Assembly: GCA_000146045.2 (NCBI GenBank)
Contig: BK006948.2
Location: 736,001 to 800,000 of the forward strand
Length of the DNA stretch: 64,000 nt
Direction of reading: 5' to 3'
DNA from: TPA_inf: Saccharomyces
Lineage: Eukaryota
Part shown: positions 11,525 to 23,325 of the stretch, in pieces
How the letters are laid out: the number at the start of each line of letters is the position of its first letter
How positions within the stretch are numbered: the first letter of the stretch is position 1
Notes under the pieces: model-generated
Database searches by the model: none
Told to the model about the DNA's origin: nothing
The model's input: the letters and a program-made list of their open reading frames with translations, nothing else
Program-made: the position numbers and the translations under genes

Positions 11525-12979
11525 TTAGTCTTTCTCACTCTCTTTCTCGAGGTAGTTGGTCCAAAGCGATACAAAGCTTTCCGTTCTCGATACAGCGCTT
11601 GAATTCTTAGACTCATTATTCGAGATCAAGCCGGCCTGTTGTTTCTTATCTTCATCCCAGTTTAAGAAATTGGACAGTAATTCAAGAACTTCAAACTTTC
11701 TTGGGTCTGCTCTGGGTATGGACACGAAAGATATCAATAGATTGGATATCAGTTCTTTATCAACGGATTCAGAATCGCTTGATTTCTTCAACATGGCCAG
11801 TGCCTTTGTTAAATGCTCATTTAGTATAATGGCTTCGTGACGTAGTTTTCCGATCTGTAAGATGTGCTGCTTAGATTCTTCCTCATATTTTTCCTTCATA
11901 GAGGCGTCCTCCTTCATGGCTTCTAGCTGTTTTTTCATGCTTTCTAAAGCTTCTGTGTCATTGTTGTGCGTTTCTATCTCCGTGTCAAGTTGGGATCGTA
12001 AAGATTTGACTTCCTGGTCTCTCTCTCTAGCCTCTTCTTCCCTTTTGTTGTCAACTTCTTCTATCTTCAATTCCAGATCATTTAGAGAATTCTTTAATAC
12101 TGCTTTCTCCTTTTCATGGGATTCCAAAGCCTGTCTCAATTCATCTCTTTCTGTTCTCAAGTCAGATATATCTTGTTTATTATTTTCTAAGATTATCATG
12201 AGTTCCTGAACTTGGAGATTTAATTGATCTTTTTCCTTCCTGTAAGTGTTAAGTTCCTTACTATGTTTTTCAATTATGTCGTGTTTTTCATCTTCCAAAG
12301 CTTCTATCCTTGATTCGTATTCCAAAAAAACCTCTTCTGTACTTTCTTGCTCCTTTTCTAGGTTTTCTAACTCTGTATTTAGGGTCACAATCGTGGATTG
12401 TAATTCAGAGTTTTCGGTCTTGGTAGCTTCAAGTTTCTTCTTCAATTTCAGATTTTGTGATTCATATTCAGTAAGCTGCTCCTGCACTTCCTCTAATTGT
12501 TTTTGTGCTTCTTTCATCTTATTAAAAATTGATTTCATAGAAGATATCTTGCTCAATAATGTGTCATACTGTGTTTTGAATTCGTCTCTTTCCTTAATAA
12601 CATTTGCTAGTTCATTTTTGAAGTCTTCATTAGGCGTTTCTTGATCCTTCTTGTGGCTTAGTTCCAATTTTAAACGTTCAATTTCTTCCCTTAGTTCCTT
12701 CATCTCATCACCAGCCTTTTTGTCCTCTAAAGGATTTATGGTGTCTACAGTCAGGCCGTCATTTACTTTTTGTTTGTCTACTCCTTCAGAGAGATCTTTC
12801 CCCTCATCGTCCGGGCTTGCCACGATACCATCAGCCTCTGGATCTGTGGACATTTTTGGAGGAACGGTGACGTTTACAGAATTGATGATTTCTTCAGGTT
12901 TATTGACGGTTTCATCAACGTCCTCCACATGAGGATGACTCTTGGCCTTCTTACCTGTTTTCTTCTTATTTTTACCCAT
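11525..12979 (-). CDS. RUD3: Golgi matrix coiled-coil protein (golgin, GRIP-related), 484 aa.
   Basis: Long E/K/L/Q-rich coiled coil with a C-terminal GRAB/GRIP-like region. Length and position match YOR216C. Confidence 0.8.
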   Translation of the reverse strand: MGKNKKKTGKKAKSHPHVEDVDETVNKPEEIINSVNVTVPPKMSTDPEADGIVASPDDEGKDLSEGVDKQKVNDGLTVDTINPLEDKKAGDEMKELREEIERLKLELSHKKDQETPNEDFKNELANVIKERDEFKTQYDTLLSKISSMKSIFNKMKEAQKQLEEVQEQLTEYESQNLKLKKKLEATKTENSELQSTIVTLNTELENLEKEQESTEEVFLEYESRIEALEDEKHDIIEKHSKELNTYRKEKDQLNLQVQELMIILENNKQDISDLRTERDELRQALESHEKEKAVLKNSLNDLELKIEEVDNKREEEARERDQEVKSLRSQLDTEIETHNNDTEALESMKKQLEAMKEDASMKEKYEEESKQHILQIGKLRHEAIILNEHLTKALAMLKKSSDSESVDKELISNLLISFVSIPRADPRKFEVLELLSNFLNWDEDKKQQAGLISNNESKNSSAVSRTESFVSLWTNYLEKESEKD

Positions 12980-13300
12980 TCTAATTAAAAAAAATGCAAT
13001 TGTTTGAGGGGATCAAGTGGAAAGTATACACAAGCATCTACTATATAGCTGTTTATACAAGATTTTCTTGTTCTTCATGAATGGTCTTTCTGTTTGTTTC
13101 CATTTTTCGTATCGAAATGAGCACGAAATTCAAAAAGAAGTACTGAAAAAAAAATCAACATGAGAAGGAACAGCCGATCTCTCAGCGAAAACAGTGGCTT
13201 CGTTGAATACGCTGCTTGATCCTTACACAATAAGGAATTGGGTATCTCGCAGTTAATTTTATAACTTCAAGTCACTTCATAATAAACTAAGCTGAAGAAA

Positions 13301-15886
13301 ATGGTCAATATTTCTGATTTCTTTGGTAAAAATAAGAAATCCGTAAGATCGTCAACATCCAGACCTACGAGACAGGTGGGTTCGTCTAAACCAGAAGTTA
13401 TCGACTTAGATACTGAATCTGACCAAGAATCAACCAATAAAACACCAAAGAAGATGCCTGTAAGTAATGTAATTGATGTATCAGAGACACCTGAAGGAGA
13501 AAAAAAGCTACCTCTTCCCGCTAAGAGGAAGGCCTCTTCACCAACTGTAAAGCCAGCAAGTTCAAAAAAAACCAAACCCTCCTCTAAAAGTTCAGACTCG
13601 GCTTCGAATATTACGGCTCAAGATGTACTAGATAAGATTCCATCCTTGGATCTGTCAAATGTTCATGTGAAAGAGAATGCTAAATTTGATTTCAAAAGCG
13701 CAAATTCAAATGCGGATCCAGATGAAATTGTTTCTGAAATAGGTAGTTTTCCAGAAGGAAAGCCAAATTGTTTATTAGGTCTAACAATTGTCTTCACAGG
13801 TGTTCTGCCAACCTTGGAGCGTGGTGCATCGGAAGCTTTAGCGAAAAGATACGGAGCAAGGGTTACTAAATCAATTTCAAGCAAAACTTCTGTAGTAGTC
13901 TTAGGTGATGAAGCAGGGCCAAAGAAACTAGAAAAAATCAAGCAATTGAAAATCAAAGCCATAGACGAAGAAGGCTTTAAGCAATTAATTGCTGGGATGC
14001 CTGCTGAAGGTGGTGACGGGGAAGCTGCCGAAAAAGCACGTCGAAAATTAGAAGAACAGCATAATATTGCTACCAAAGAAGCAGAATTGCTTGTTAAGAA
14101 AGAAGAGGAAAGGTCGAAGAAGCTTGCAGCCACTAGAGTTTCTGGTGGCCATCTGGAGAGAGACAATGTGGTTAGGGAAGAAGATAAATTGTGGACAGTA
14201 AAGTACGCACCAACGAATCTACAACAGGTCTGTGGTAACAAAGGAAGTGTAATGAAATTAAAAAACTGGTTGGCTAATTGGGAAAATTCAAAGAAAAATA
14301 GTTTTAAACATGCTGGTAAAGATGGCTCTGGTGTTTTCAGGGCTGCAATGTTATACGGTCCTCCTGGTATTGGGAAGACAACTGCTGCTCATTTAGTTGC
14401 ACAAGAGCTTGGGTATGACATTCTTGAACAAAACGCTTCTGATGTTCGCTCTAAAACTTTACTTAATGCCGGTGTTAAAAACGCTCTTGATAACATGTCT
14501 GTAGTGGGATATTTCAAACACAACGAAGAAGCTCAAAATTTGAACGGGAAACATTTTGTCATTATCATGGATGAAGTTGATGGTATGAGCGGAGGCGATA
14601 GGGGGGGAGTTGGCCAGCTGGCACAGTTTTGTCGTAAGACGTCAACTCCATTGATTCTAATTTGTAATGAACGTAATTTACCAAAAATGAGACCATTCGA
14701 TAGAGTATGTCTTGATATCCAATTTAGAAGACCTGATGCTAACAGTATCAAATCAAGATTAATGACAATTGCGATCAGAGAAAAGTTCAAACTTGATCCA
14801 AATGTCATTGATAGGTTGATACAGACTACAAGAGGTGATATCCGCCAGGTTATTAATCTACTTTCAACGATATCTACGACTACTAAAACCATAAACCATG
14901 AAAATATCAACGAGATCTCAAAGGCATGGGAAAAGAATATTGCCCTAAAACCCTTTGACATTGCCCATAAAATGTTGGATGGACAAATATACTCAGACAT
15001 AGGTTCAAGGAACTTTACACTGAATGATAAGATCGCATTATATTTTGATGACTTTGATTTCACACCCCTAATGATTCAGGAAAACTATTTATCTACAAGA
15101 CCAAGCGTTTTGAAACCCGGCCAGTCACATTTGGAAGCAGTTGCTGAGGCGGCTAACTGTATTTCATTAGGTGATATTGTCGAAAAGAAGATTCGTAGTA
15201 GTGAGCAATTATGGAGTCTTTTGCCTTTGCATGCTGTTCTTTCATCTGTTTATCCAGCATCAAAAGTTGCCGGCCATATGGCGGGAAGAATCAATTTCAC
15301 AGCTTGGTTGGGCCAAAATTCTAAATCTGCCAAATATTATAGGTTACTGCAAGAGATACATTATCATACAAGACTAGGTACATCTACTGATAAAATTGGA
15401 CTAAGGCTGGATTACCTACCAACTTTTAGAAAAAGATTATTGGACCCATTTTTGAAGCAAGGTGCTGATGCAATTTCATCTGTCATAGAGGTAATGGACG
15501 ATTACTATTTGACCAAAGAAGACTGGGATTCTATTATGGAGTTTTTCGTAGGTCCTGATGTGACCACAGCCATTATCAAAAAGATACCAGCTACGGTTAA
15601 AAGTGGATTCACGCGGAAATACAACAGTATGACACATCCAGTCGCAATTTACAGAACAGGTAGTACTATTGGTGGTGGTGGTGTTGGCACCAGTACTAGC
15701 ACCCCCGATTTCGAAGATGTCGTTGACGCAGATGACAATCCAGTTCCCGCAGATGATGAAGAAACACAAGATAGTAGCACAGACTTGAAGAAGGATAAAC
15801 TTATCAAGCAGAAAGCCAAACCTACGAAGAGGAAGACTGCCACCAGTAAACCTGGTGGTAGCAAAAAAAGGAAAACGAAAGCATGA
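13301..15886 (+). CDS. RFC1: Replication factor C large subunit (861 aa). BRCT domain plus AAA+ clamp-loader ATPase.
   Basis: Walker [14 protein letters not shown] box and BRCT-like N-terminal region. Recognisable Rfc1 sequence. ATG at 13301. Confidence 0.92.
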
Positions 15887-16213
15887 TTTATTCATACACT
15901 AAGATTATAATTACACTTTTCTTCTCATTGATTTTGTGAGCCGTTCTATCACAGATACGAAAACTGTGTGGTGATAATAGCTCGATGGGTATCATCACCG
16001 CCCTATATAAAATACTCTTATTAGTATAGTACACAAAATAATGTACCTGTACGTACAACCGTCGTTAAATATTACATTTATTAGGTCTAACATTTGTACC
16101 TAATATGTCATTCCAAAATTATGCGTTGCAATTGAGAAACTTCATATTATTATATTATTAATCGCGTGTTTGTCTCTATCGTTATCGTTAATATCGCAAT
16201 CATCCATAAAGTT

Positions 16214-19009
16214 TTATAAATGCAAAACTTCAGTGTTGTCAAAGCGTTCAGCAAAGGCATCCCTTAACCAATAGTATAGTTTTTGGAATACAATTCTTTG
16301 AGCGTTGTGGTACCGGATGGAATGATCAGAGTCTGGAAAAATGTGCATGTCATAGTTCGTCAATCCCAATAGATTCAGTTGATCAACTAATCTAAAAGTA
16401 TTTTGTATGTGAACATTATCATCGAAAGTTCCGTGCACAATGAAAAGACGCTTTAAAGATTCGAATGATTTGAAATTTTGGATGGTGGATACTTCAAAAT
16501 AGCCTTCATGGTTTTCCGATGGTTGGTTCATATATCTTTCCGTGTAAACGGAATCATACAATGTCCAGTTTGTTACTGGCGCGACAGCCATGGCGTATTT
16601 AAATGTGTCGCCGTTGTCTAATTCCACGGTTTTCAAGCTAGTAAAACCGCCGTATGACCAACCCCAAATAGCAATTTTGCTTTCATCTATATGTTGGCTA
16701 TTCCTTTGTATGAATTTTTTTGTGACTTCAGTAATGTCTCTAGGTTCCCAATATCCTAATTTTTCGCGGGCCCATGATCTAAAACTCCAACCTTTACCCC
16801 CAGTTCCTCTGGGCTCTATTTGTAGGACGATAACATCTAATCCTGAAACAACTGCTTGTTCAAACGCAAGAGACGACTTGGTGGTAAATGTTTGAGATCC
16901 TGGACCACCATAAATGTTGACTAATATCGGGTATTTTTTTTTAGGATTTAAATTGGCTGGTTTGATCTCAATGTAATTTATTTCTACGCCATCGTCTAGG
17001 ACCATGGTTTTATAGCTTGTAATAGGTAAATCGTAGTTCTTTATTTTTTCCTTGAACTTTTCATCCTTCGTCAGTTGCAAGATTGAATCATCGTGAATTT
17101 CGGCAACGTTCAAAACCCTTGTAAGCGGACCAGCTACTTTAATAGGTGTATCAGGCCCCAGTTTTTTAGAAATAGCATATCTCGCACTAGAACTTAATTC
17201 GAAGTCATAAAAATCGTATTTGTCTGATGGGTTTTGTAAACTTTGGAAAGTATTCTGAGTTGTAGAATCCGTAAGGCTGATACTATAAAGGTGTTGTGAC
17301 ATGACACCAATCTCATTGGCAGTAAAAAATATAGTATCTGTTTCATATTCGTAGCCGACTATTCCATTTCCAGTCACTTCCCAGTTCCCTTTGGTCAACT
17401 GGATAGGCTCTTTGGCAAAAACGGTTGGGTAATAAAAGAGATGACTGAACCCTCTACTGTCTGCATGAATATCAATGTACCCATAATCCATTCTTTTCAA
17501 CTCTGGCTTTGGGGGGATGCTTAAAATATCCTTCGTCTTTTCGATCCATCCGTTGAACAGGTTTGAATTGGTGTTCCTCACAGTAAGCATTTGAGATGAT
17601 GGTATATCATACACTTTTACGTCTAATATCTTAGAGTTTCTATCGGTGATTTCGAACCTGAATGTATCTGGACTAATCCATTTTCCGTTATACAGAATGG
17701 AATCCTTCTGACCACCAGTATTAATTGAGTAAATTATACCGTTCTGTAAGTTAACGAGAAACAAGTCGAACTGTGGATTTTGGAACCCTGGCTTCGGGTA
17801 TTTGATTTTGGTGTCGGAAAGGTATGCTTCGTTCATATTTGTGTAACGGTTTAATCGGATATCGTCAACACTGGTGTCATTGAATCTTGCAAATACAGCC
17901 TTCGAATCGTCTGGAGCCCACCATATTGCTTGATCAGAAGCAAGGACCTCTTCTTCATATATCCAGTCTGGTTTGGCATTGAATATATCCTTGGAGCCAT
18001 CTTCCGTTACCTTCTTGGCAACTCCGCTATTTACTTGTTGCAGAAACAGATTGTTCTCGTAAACAAAATAGATATAATTGTATGCAGGAGAAAAATGCGC
18101 ATAGGAAAGTTTTGATAATCCAAGTTCATAATTATCATCTGATTTTTCGGGAGGTAATATCGGTTCAATATTACCTGTGTTTAAGTCTTTGATCCAATAA
18201 AACCCCTTCGAGGAGTGTCTAAACTCAGACTCTAAGTTAGTTCCAAATATAAGTTTATCCAATTTATAATTAATTTGGACAGTACTTACGGTAAATTCTA
18301 CTCCTTCATATAGGAACCTATTGCCCCCAAGGTTTACTTCAAAAGTCTCATCAAATAACTGCTTTGCAATAAAATTCGTATGTCCATCAATTTCTTTTGT
18401 AGTAAAATATAGCCCCGGATCTGAGTCTTGGCCTAATAAGCGCTGTGGTGGGTCAATAAAGTGGAAAGTATCCTCAGGGATGGCAAAATCTCCGTTCAAA
18501 ACGTTTTCAATTGAGAAAGATCTTTTGCCCAAACTAGAATCTCCTGCAGATGTCTTAGGACGCGTGATTTTGGTAGGTAGAAGTTTTGAAGGTATTAGAA
18601 TAACAAGTAGAACTAAAACTGATAGTGCTATTAATGTAAAGACTAAGACATAAGATCTTTTCTCGGGCAGAGACCATTCTCCCCATCGACGATTAAATTT
18701 GTTTACACTGAAAAAGGAATGCGTGTGATGCTGGTTTTCAATATCATTAAACTGGAAGCTTTCTCGTCTGGGACGCATTGAGTATTGTTCCTGGAGAAAG
18801 GGGGTTTGAGGAACATCTGTAACATCTATTGTAGCTTCTGTCGGTCTAATCTCGTTAATTGTATGTCCATTCTCGTTACTTTGAGGATCTGTGTTAGCTA
18901 CACTATCGTTATTAGGAAAGAATGGCTTATCCATGGAAGAGTTTGAACTTTTCCTTTGCGGAAATAAATGACTATTCTTCCTTTTATGCGAATGAGTTGA
19001 AGCAGACAT
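16214..19009 (-). CDS. STE13: Dipeptidyl aminopeptidase A (931 aa). Type II membrane serine peptidase of the S9B/DPP-IV family that processes alpha-factor.
   Basis: Single N-proximal transmembrane segment, GWSYGG catalytic serine motif and DPP-IV-like beta-propeller region. Length matches Ste13. Confidence 0.9.
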   Translation of the reverse strand: MSASTHSHKRKNSHLFPQRKSSNSSMDKPFFPNNDSVANTDPQSNENGHTINEIRPTEATIDVTDVPQTPFLQEQYSMRPRRESFQFNDIENQHHTHSFFSVNKFNRRWGEWSLPEKRSYVLVFTLIALSVLVLLVILIPSKLLPTKITRPKTSAGDSSLGKRSFSIENVLNGDFAIPEDTFHFIDPPQRLLGQDSDPGLYFTTKEIDGHTNFIAKQLFDETFEVNLGGNRFLYEGVEFTVSTVQINYKLDKLIFGTNLESEFRHSSKGFYWIKDLNTGNIEPILPPEKSDDNYELGLSKLSYAHFSPAYNYIYFVYENNLFLQQVNSGVAKKVTEDGSKDIFNAKPDWIYEEEVLASDQAIWWAPDDSKAVFARFNDTSVDDIRLNRYTNMNEAYLSDTKIKYPKPGFQNPQFDLFLVNLQNGIIYSINTGGQKDSILYNGKWISPDTFRFEITDRNSKILDVKVYDIPSSQMLTVRNTNSNLFNGWIEKTKDILSIPPKPELKRMDYGYIDIHADSRGFSHLFYYPTVFAKEPIQLTKGNWEVTGNGIVGYEYETDTIFFTANEIGVMSQHLYSISLTDSTTQNTFQSLQNPSDKYDFYDFELSSSARYAISKKLGPDTPIKVAGPLTRVLNVAEIHDDSILQLTKDEKFKEKIKNYDLPITSYKTMVLDDGVEINYIEIKPANLNPKKKYPILVNIYGGPGSQTFTTKSSLAFEQAVVSGLDVIVLQIEPRGTGGKGWSFRSWAREKLGYWEPRDITEVTKKFIQRNSQHIDESKIAIWGWSYGGFTSLKTVELDNGDTFKYAMAVAPVTNWTLYDSVYTERYMNQPSENHEGYFEVSTIQNFKSFESLKRLFIVHGTFDDNVHIQNTFRLVDQLNLLGLTNYDMHIFPDSDHSIRYHNAQRIVFQKLYYWLRDAFAERFDNTEVLHL

Positions 19010-19327
19010 TAGGGGCTTTCTATATTTTTTACACGAATAACACCCTAACTAAGTTTATTGAGGTCATGAGGCTGGAAGAAAACAACAAAACAAAATAGGT
19101 ATCTAATTTCTGTCATTTCATACTTAAAAGACTCTAGGTACAATCACCTTTGAAGTTGTTTGTTATACCGTGAAACAAATTTCATCGGCCGGGTGGCTAT
19201 GCGTAAAGCCGCGCCTTGATAGAATAAGGAGAGAGGCTTATACTATATACCTTGATGCTACAAAAGCATATAATGGTAGCAATCAAAAACCAAAAAAAGA
19301 TACATTAGCGTTAGAAAATCGGGAATT

Positions 19328-20125
19328 ATGGCAAACCAAAAGCAAATGAGAACTCAAATACTAATCACGGACATTCCTAGTGGCAAATTTACTAGTAAAT
19401 GGCCTACACAACTGGAAAAAACTTTATTCAAGGAGCAATTTCCAAATTTACAAAGTCACTTGCAGTATTACACGCCGTTGCCATTTTTAAACAGAATTAT
19501 AATCATATTTGATAATGAAGATGACACGCTGCAAGTGTTTAAGTTCTTACAGGAATTGTTAGCTAAGGAGAATAGCGGTCCGATGAAGTTATTTGTAACT
19601 GAGTCCCTTTTAAATAATCAACATCCGCGATCTCGTTCCACGGATGATGCTGTTTCGTTGCAAGATAATAACTTGGCACTTTTGGAGGATCATCGCAACA
19701 AACCGCTCTTATCTATTAATACAGATCCAGGAGTCACTGGAGTAGACAGTTCATCCCTCAATAAGGGAGGCTCTTCATTATCTCCGGATAAATCATCTCT
19801 AGAATCGCCCACAATGTTGAAGCTTTCGACGGATTCAAAGCCATTTAGTTACCAAGAACCGCTACCAAAGCTTTCTAGGTCGTCTTCTTCAACTTCGAAC
19901 CTCTCATTGAACAGAAGTTCACAGACATCATTACCTTCACAACTAGAAAATAAGGATAAGTCAGCGTCAGGCACCAAATGCCTTTTCGCCTCTAAGCCAC
20001 TAGGATTGACCATTGATACTTCTACTAGAAGTAATGCTGCATCGTGTACCGAAAATGATGTAAACGCTACTGCCTCAAATCCTCCAAAAAGTCCAAGCAT
20101 AACGGTTAACGAGTTTTTCCATTAG
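19328..20125 (+). CDS. RCN2: Regulator of calcineurin 2, YOR220W (265 aa).
   Basis: Length and position match. Ser-rich C-terminal half. No other recognisable domain. Confidence 0.65.
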   Translation: MANQKQMRTQILITDIPSGKFTSKWPTQLEKTLFKEQFPNLQSHLQYYTPLPFLNRIIIIFDNEDDTLQVFKFLQELLAKENSGPMKLFVTESLLNNQHPRSRSTDDAVSLQDNNLALLEDHRNKPLLSINTDPGVTGVDSSSLNKGGSSLSPDKSSLESPTMLKLSTDSKPFSYQEPLPKLSRSSSSTSNLSLNRSSQTSLPSQLENKDKSASGTKCLFASKPLGLTIDTSTRSNAASCTENDVNATASNPPKSPSITVNEFFH

Positions 20126-20475
20126 AGCACTAGAGCATAACTAATACTATAAATTAGACAAAGCAGAAAAAGGGAAAAAGGTTCATGCTATGATAATGTA
20201 AAGAATATGCGTAGAGATATCTATATATCCATTTATACGTTTATATACTTGCGTGTTTACTTTGTATGGCATAATAACATGTATGTTTGCATTAGGGATT
20301 TGTTTTAGTGTATCCAAGAGCGATTAGTATAGAAGGAATGTATGTATGTGTATACGATATTTATATAAAGGGAAGTTGGCTAATTTTTTGCACACTTTCG
20401 TCCTCTTTCCATTTTCAATGAATGCGTAGAAGCACAGACTGGGAGTGGAGAGAGTTCGCAGTTTTGATCTCTTTC

Positions 20476-21558
20476 TCAATCTTTGTTCTCCTCTGCCGCC
20501 TTGTGATAAGCGTCTATAGTTGCTAAAGAGGTGTATTCTATAGTGTCCACTTGGGGACAATTTCTCCGAATAAGGTTATAAATCACATTGCCCGGGCCAA
20601 AGCAAATACTCTTATCAATTTCCACTGGGGTTCCAGAGTTTATGGTATCATAACACATGGTGAATTGCACAGTCCTGCTTGAACACTTAACGAATCTATC
20701 TAGGGCATGATGAATATAGTAAGATATATTACCATCTAAGTTAGCTATTATTGGATGGTTCAACTCCATCAACGTGTGAGTTCCGTTTTTCTTTAATATA
20801 TCCCAAATGTAGTCATAGAGTGGTTCCTGAACGGGCCTCAACACAGTGCTATTATGGAAGGGGATGTTGTATGGGTTAGTTAATTCTGTAATTCTTAAAC
20901 GCGGGAACCTTAAGTTCAATTCTGTTCTTAAGGACTCTAAATCATCAACCAGACCGGTGACTACACATTGCTTTACTGAATTTGCATTTGCTACAGAAAT
21001 GGTATTTTGTGAAGATGATAATAAATTAGGGGAATTTAGTAGTTTTTGCACTTCTTGCGGTAAATCTGTGGCCCTCGGAGAAGAGAGTGCCCACATTTCA
21101 AATTTGTTGGATCTGTTGATATTGTGGGCTACTAAGTACTTTTCAGTAGATGTTACCATTAACTTATTTCTAAAATTAGCAATATCAAAAAGATCCTTTA
21201 ACGAAAACAGTGAATTAACACTCAGACATGTTAACTCGCCTAGCGAGTGACCCAAAAGGTAACATTGTTCATTGTCTTTCTTGTCGGGGGAATCGATCTT
21301 AGTCATATTTTTTGGTGCTTGATCTTGAGGATCAGAAGGATTCGAGAGTATCTGGTACAATTGATAGAAAAGGTTGGAGCAGACTGCAATGCTTCCGGGG
21401 CTGGAAGGGTTCTGGAAGATGTACTGCAATAGATCATTTGATTCCTTGCCGTTCTGACTCAGTATTGTTTGGAATTCTCTTGATTTGTTTCTTATTATCG
21501 CTTTTAATATCGAAATGGAGATGGAGGTCCCTTGACCTGGGAAGGTTAGTAGCTTCAT
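20476..21558 (-). CDS. MCT1: Mitochondrial malonyl-CoA:ACP transacylase (360 aa).
   Basis: FabD-type acyltransferase motif GHSLGE. Length and position match YOR221C. Confidence 0.85.
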   Translation of the reverse strand: MKLLTFPGQGTSISISILKAIIRNKSREFQTILSQNGKESNDLLQYIFQNPSSPGSIAVCSNLFYQLYQILSNPSDPQDQAPKNMTKIDSPDKKDNEQCYLLGHSLGELTCLSVNSLFSLKDLFDIANFRNKLMVTSTEKYLVAHNINRSNKFEMWALSSPRATDLPQEVQKLLNSPNLLSSSQNTISVANANSVKQCVVTGLVDDLESLRTELNLRFPRLRITELTNPYNIPFHNSTVLRPVQEPLYDYIWDILKKNGTHTLMELNHPIIANLDGNISYYIHHALDRFVKCSSRTVQFTMCYDTINSGTPVEIDKSICFGPGNVIYNLIRRNCPQVDTIEYTSLATIDAYHKAAEENKD

Positions 21559-22329
21559 ACAAACGCTTATATATGTGTACCACGATCAGAAAAGTGCAAA
21601 ACGCTTTGTTACTACCCTCAGTGTACGTTATTGAATAGTTCTAATATGCAGCAAGTTACTGGTAAGCTTTGTTTTACCCTTGAGTTCGATACTCAGTTTA
21701 CTTCCTCCATCGGAGGTTGAAATGCGCCTTGTCATACGGCCAAAAAATGCCATGTAAGAAGATGACACTTTCTGCATTTTGAGTATATTTAAGGGCCTAT
21801 AATTTTCTTCCAACTTTCTCAAGACAAGCATATTGTGTACTTTCGGTTTAGCAAGCCTTTTTACTTCGTTAACACAAGGCGATGCTAACGTGTGTTTACT
21901 GTTTTAGAAGATCGGCATTTATCAAATGTAAGGACAATGAGACATGGTTGACCAATTAGTTCTTCTCAGATAGGAGTTCTAGTTCTTCTGCATACTACTT
22001 AGTCCTCTTCTGTCGTTGACATTCAATTGCTTGTGCATTTCTAACATGAAATAGTGGTACTACGAATGCTATTATTCTATGCCAGGCAAATTCCTCTGGA
22101 ACTTTTTTTTTTTCAGTTTTTTCGTGGTGAGCTTTTTTTGCCTGTCTATCTCGAAAGATCTTGTTGTTGATGACTCAGTGCAGTCGCGATCACTTTCGAC
22201 TCGACATGCATTTGCAAGTAATTCTGTTATAAAACGTTCTCTTCGTTTTTTCAGTCTGAAGCTCTTCTGCACTTTTTTACTGGGTTAGATTCTATATAGT
22301 CAAGTAATTCGAGGTAGCATCAAAGTAAT

Positions 22330-23253
22330 ATGTCATCAGACTCAAACGCAAAGCCATTGCCTTTTATATATCAGTTCATATCAGGTGCCGTCGCCGGTAT
22401 TTCTGAGTTAACTGTTATGTATCCGCTTGATGTTGTTAAGACAAGATTTCAACTGGAGGTGACGACGCCTACTGCCGCTGCAGTAGGAAAGCAAGTAGAG
22501 AGATATAATGGTGTCATCGATTGTTTGAAAAAAATTGTAAAGAAGGAAGGGTTTAGCAGACTTTACAGAGGTATTAGTTCACCAATGTTGATGGAAGCAC
22601 CAAAGAGAGCCACCAAATTTGCATGTAACGATCAATATCAAAAAATCTTCAAAAACCTATTCAACACGAATGAAACTACGCAGAAGATCTCCATTGCGGC
22701 TGGTGCATCTGCTGGTATGACAGAAGCTGCAGTTATTGTTCCATTTGAATTGATCAAAATCAGGATGCAAGACGTCAAGTCCAGCTATCTTGGACCAATG
22801 GACTGTTTGAAAAAAACAATCAAAAACGAAGGTATTATGGGGCTATACAAGGGTATCGAATCTACCATGTGGAGAAACGCTCTTTGGAATGGTGGCTACT
22901 TCGGTGTTATCTACCAAGTGAGAAATTCCATGCCCGTAGCAAAGACAAAGGGACAAAAGACCAGAAATGACCTTATTGCAGGTGCGATCGGTGGTACGGT
23001 CGGGACCATGCTTAACACTCCCTTTGACGTGGTGAAATCCAGAATCCAAAGTGTGGACGCGGTCAGCAGTGCTGTTAAAAAATACAACTGGTGCCTACCT
23101 TCGCTATTGGTCATATACCGTGAAGAAGGCTTCAGAGCATTGTACAAAGGTTTCGTCCCCAAAGTATGTAGACTAGCACCCGGTGGTTCATTAATGTTGG
23201 TGGTTTTTACCGGTATGATGAACTTTTTCAGGGATCTGAAGTACGGACACTGA
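22330..23253 (+). CDS. ODC2: Mitochondrial 2-oxodicarboxylate carrier (307 aa) of the mitochondrial carrier family.
   Basis: Three mitochondrial-carrier repeats with PxD/ExxK/R signatures (PLDVVKTRFQ, PFELIKIRMQ, PFDVVKSRIQ). ATG at 22330. Confidence 0.88.
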   Translation: MSSDSNAKPLPFIYQFISGAVAGISELTVMYPLDVVKTRFQLEVTTPTAAAVGKQVERYNGVIDCLKKIVKKEGFSRLYRGISSPMLMEAPKRATKFACNDQYQKIFKNLFNTNETTQKISIAAGASAGMTEAAVIVPFELIKIRMQDVKSSYLGPMDCLKKTIKNEGIMGLYKGIESTMWRNALWNGGYFGVIYQVRNSMPVAKTKGQKTRNDLIAGAIGGTVGTMLNTPFDVVKSRIQSVDAVSSAVKKYNWCLPSLLVIYREEGFRALYKGFVPKVCRLAPGGSLMLVVFTGMMNFFRDLKYGH

Positions 23254-23325
23254 TATTTATTGTATATAGAATACCTCTTTCCTCTTCAATCTTAACTACG
23301 TTATTTCTACGTCAAAATAAGAATA

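Noticed and set aside
11556-12988. Five plus-strand ORFs (94-132 aa), extremely Ser/Leu/Phe-rich, tiled across the RUD3 locus
   Set aside because: They are antisense to the RUD3 coiled-coil coding sequence. The GAA/AAG/CTT-rich codons of a golgin read as TTC/CTT/AGC-type codons on the opposite strand, which gives long stop-free low-complexity frames. They have no independent start context and no homology.
13663-15063. 192-aa and 176-aa minus-strand ORFs inside RFC1
   Set aside because: They are antisense to a well-supported 861-aa RFC1 CDS, with hydrophobic low-complexity translations and no recognisable domains.
15476-15895. 139-aa minus-strand ORF overlapping the RFC1 3' end (corresponds to dubious YOR218C)
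   Set aside because: It lies fully within and antisense to the RFC1 C-terminal coding region. Its composition is driven by the complement of the RFC1 K/T/G-rich tail.
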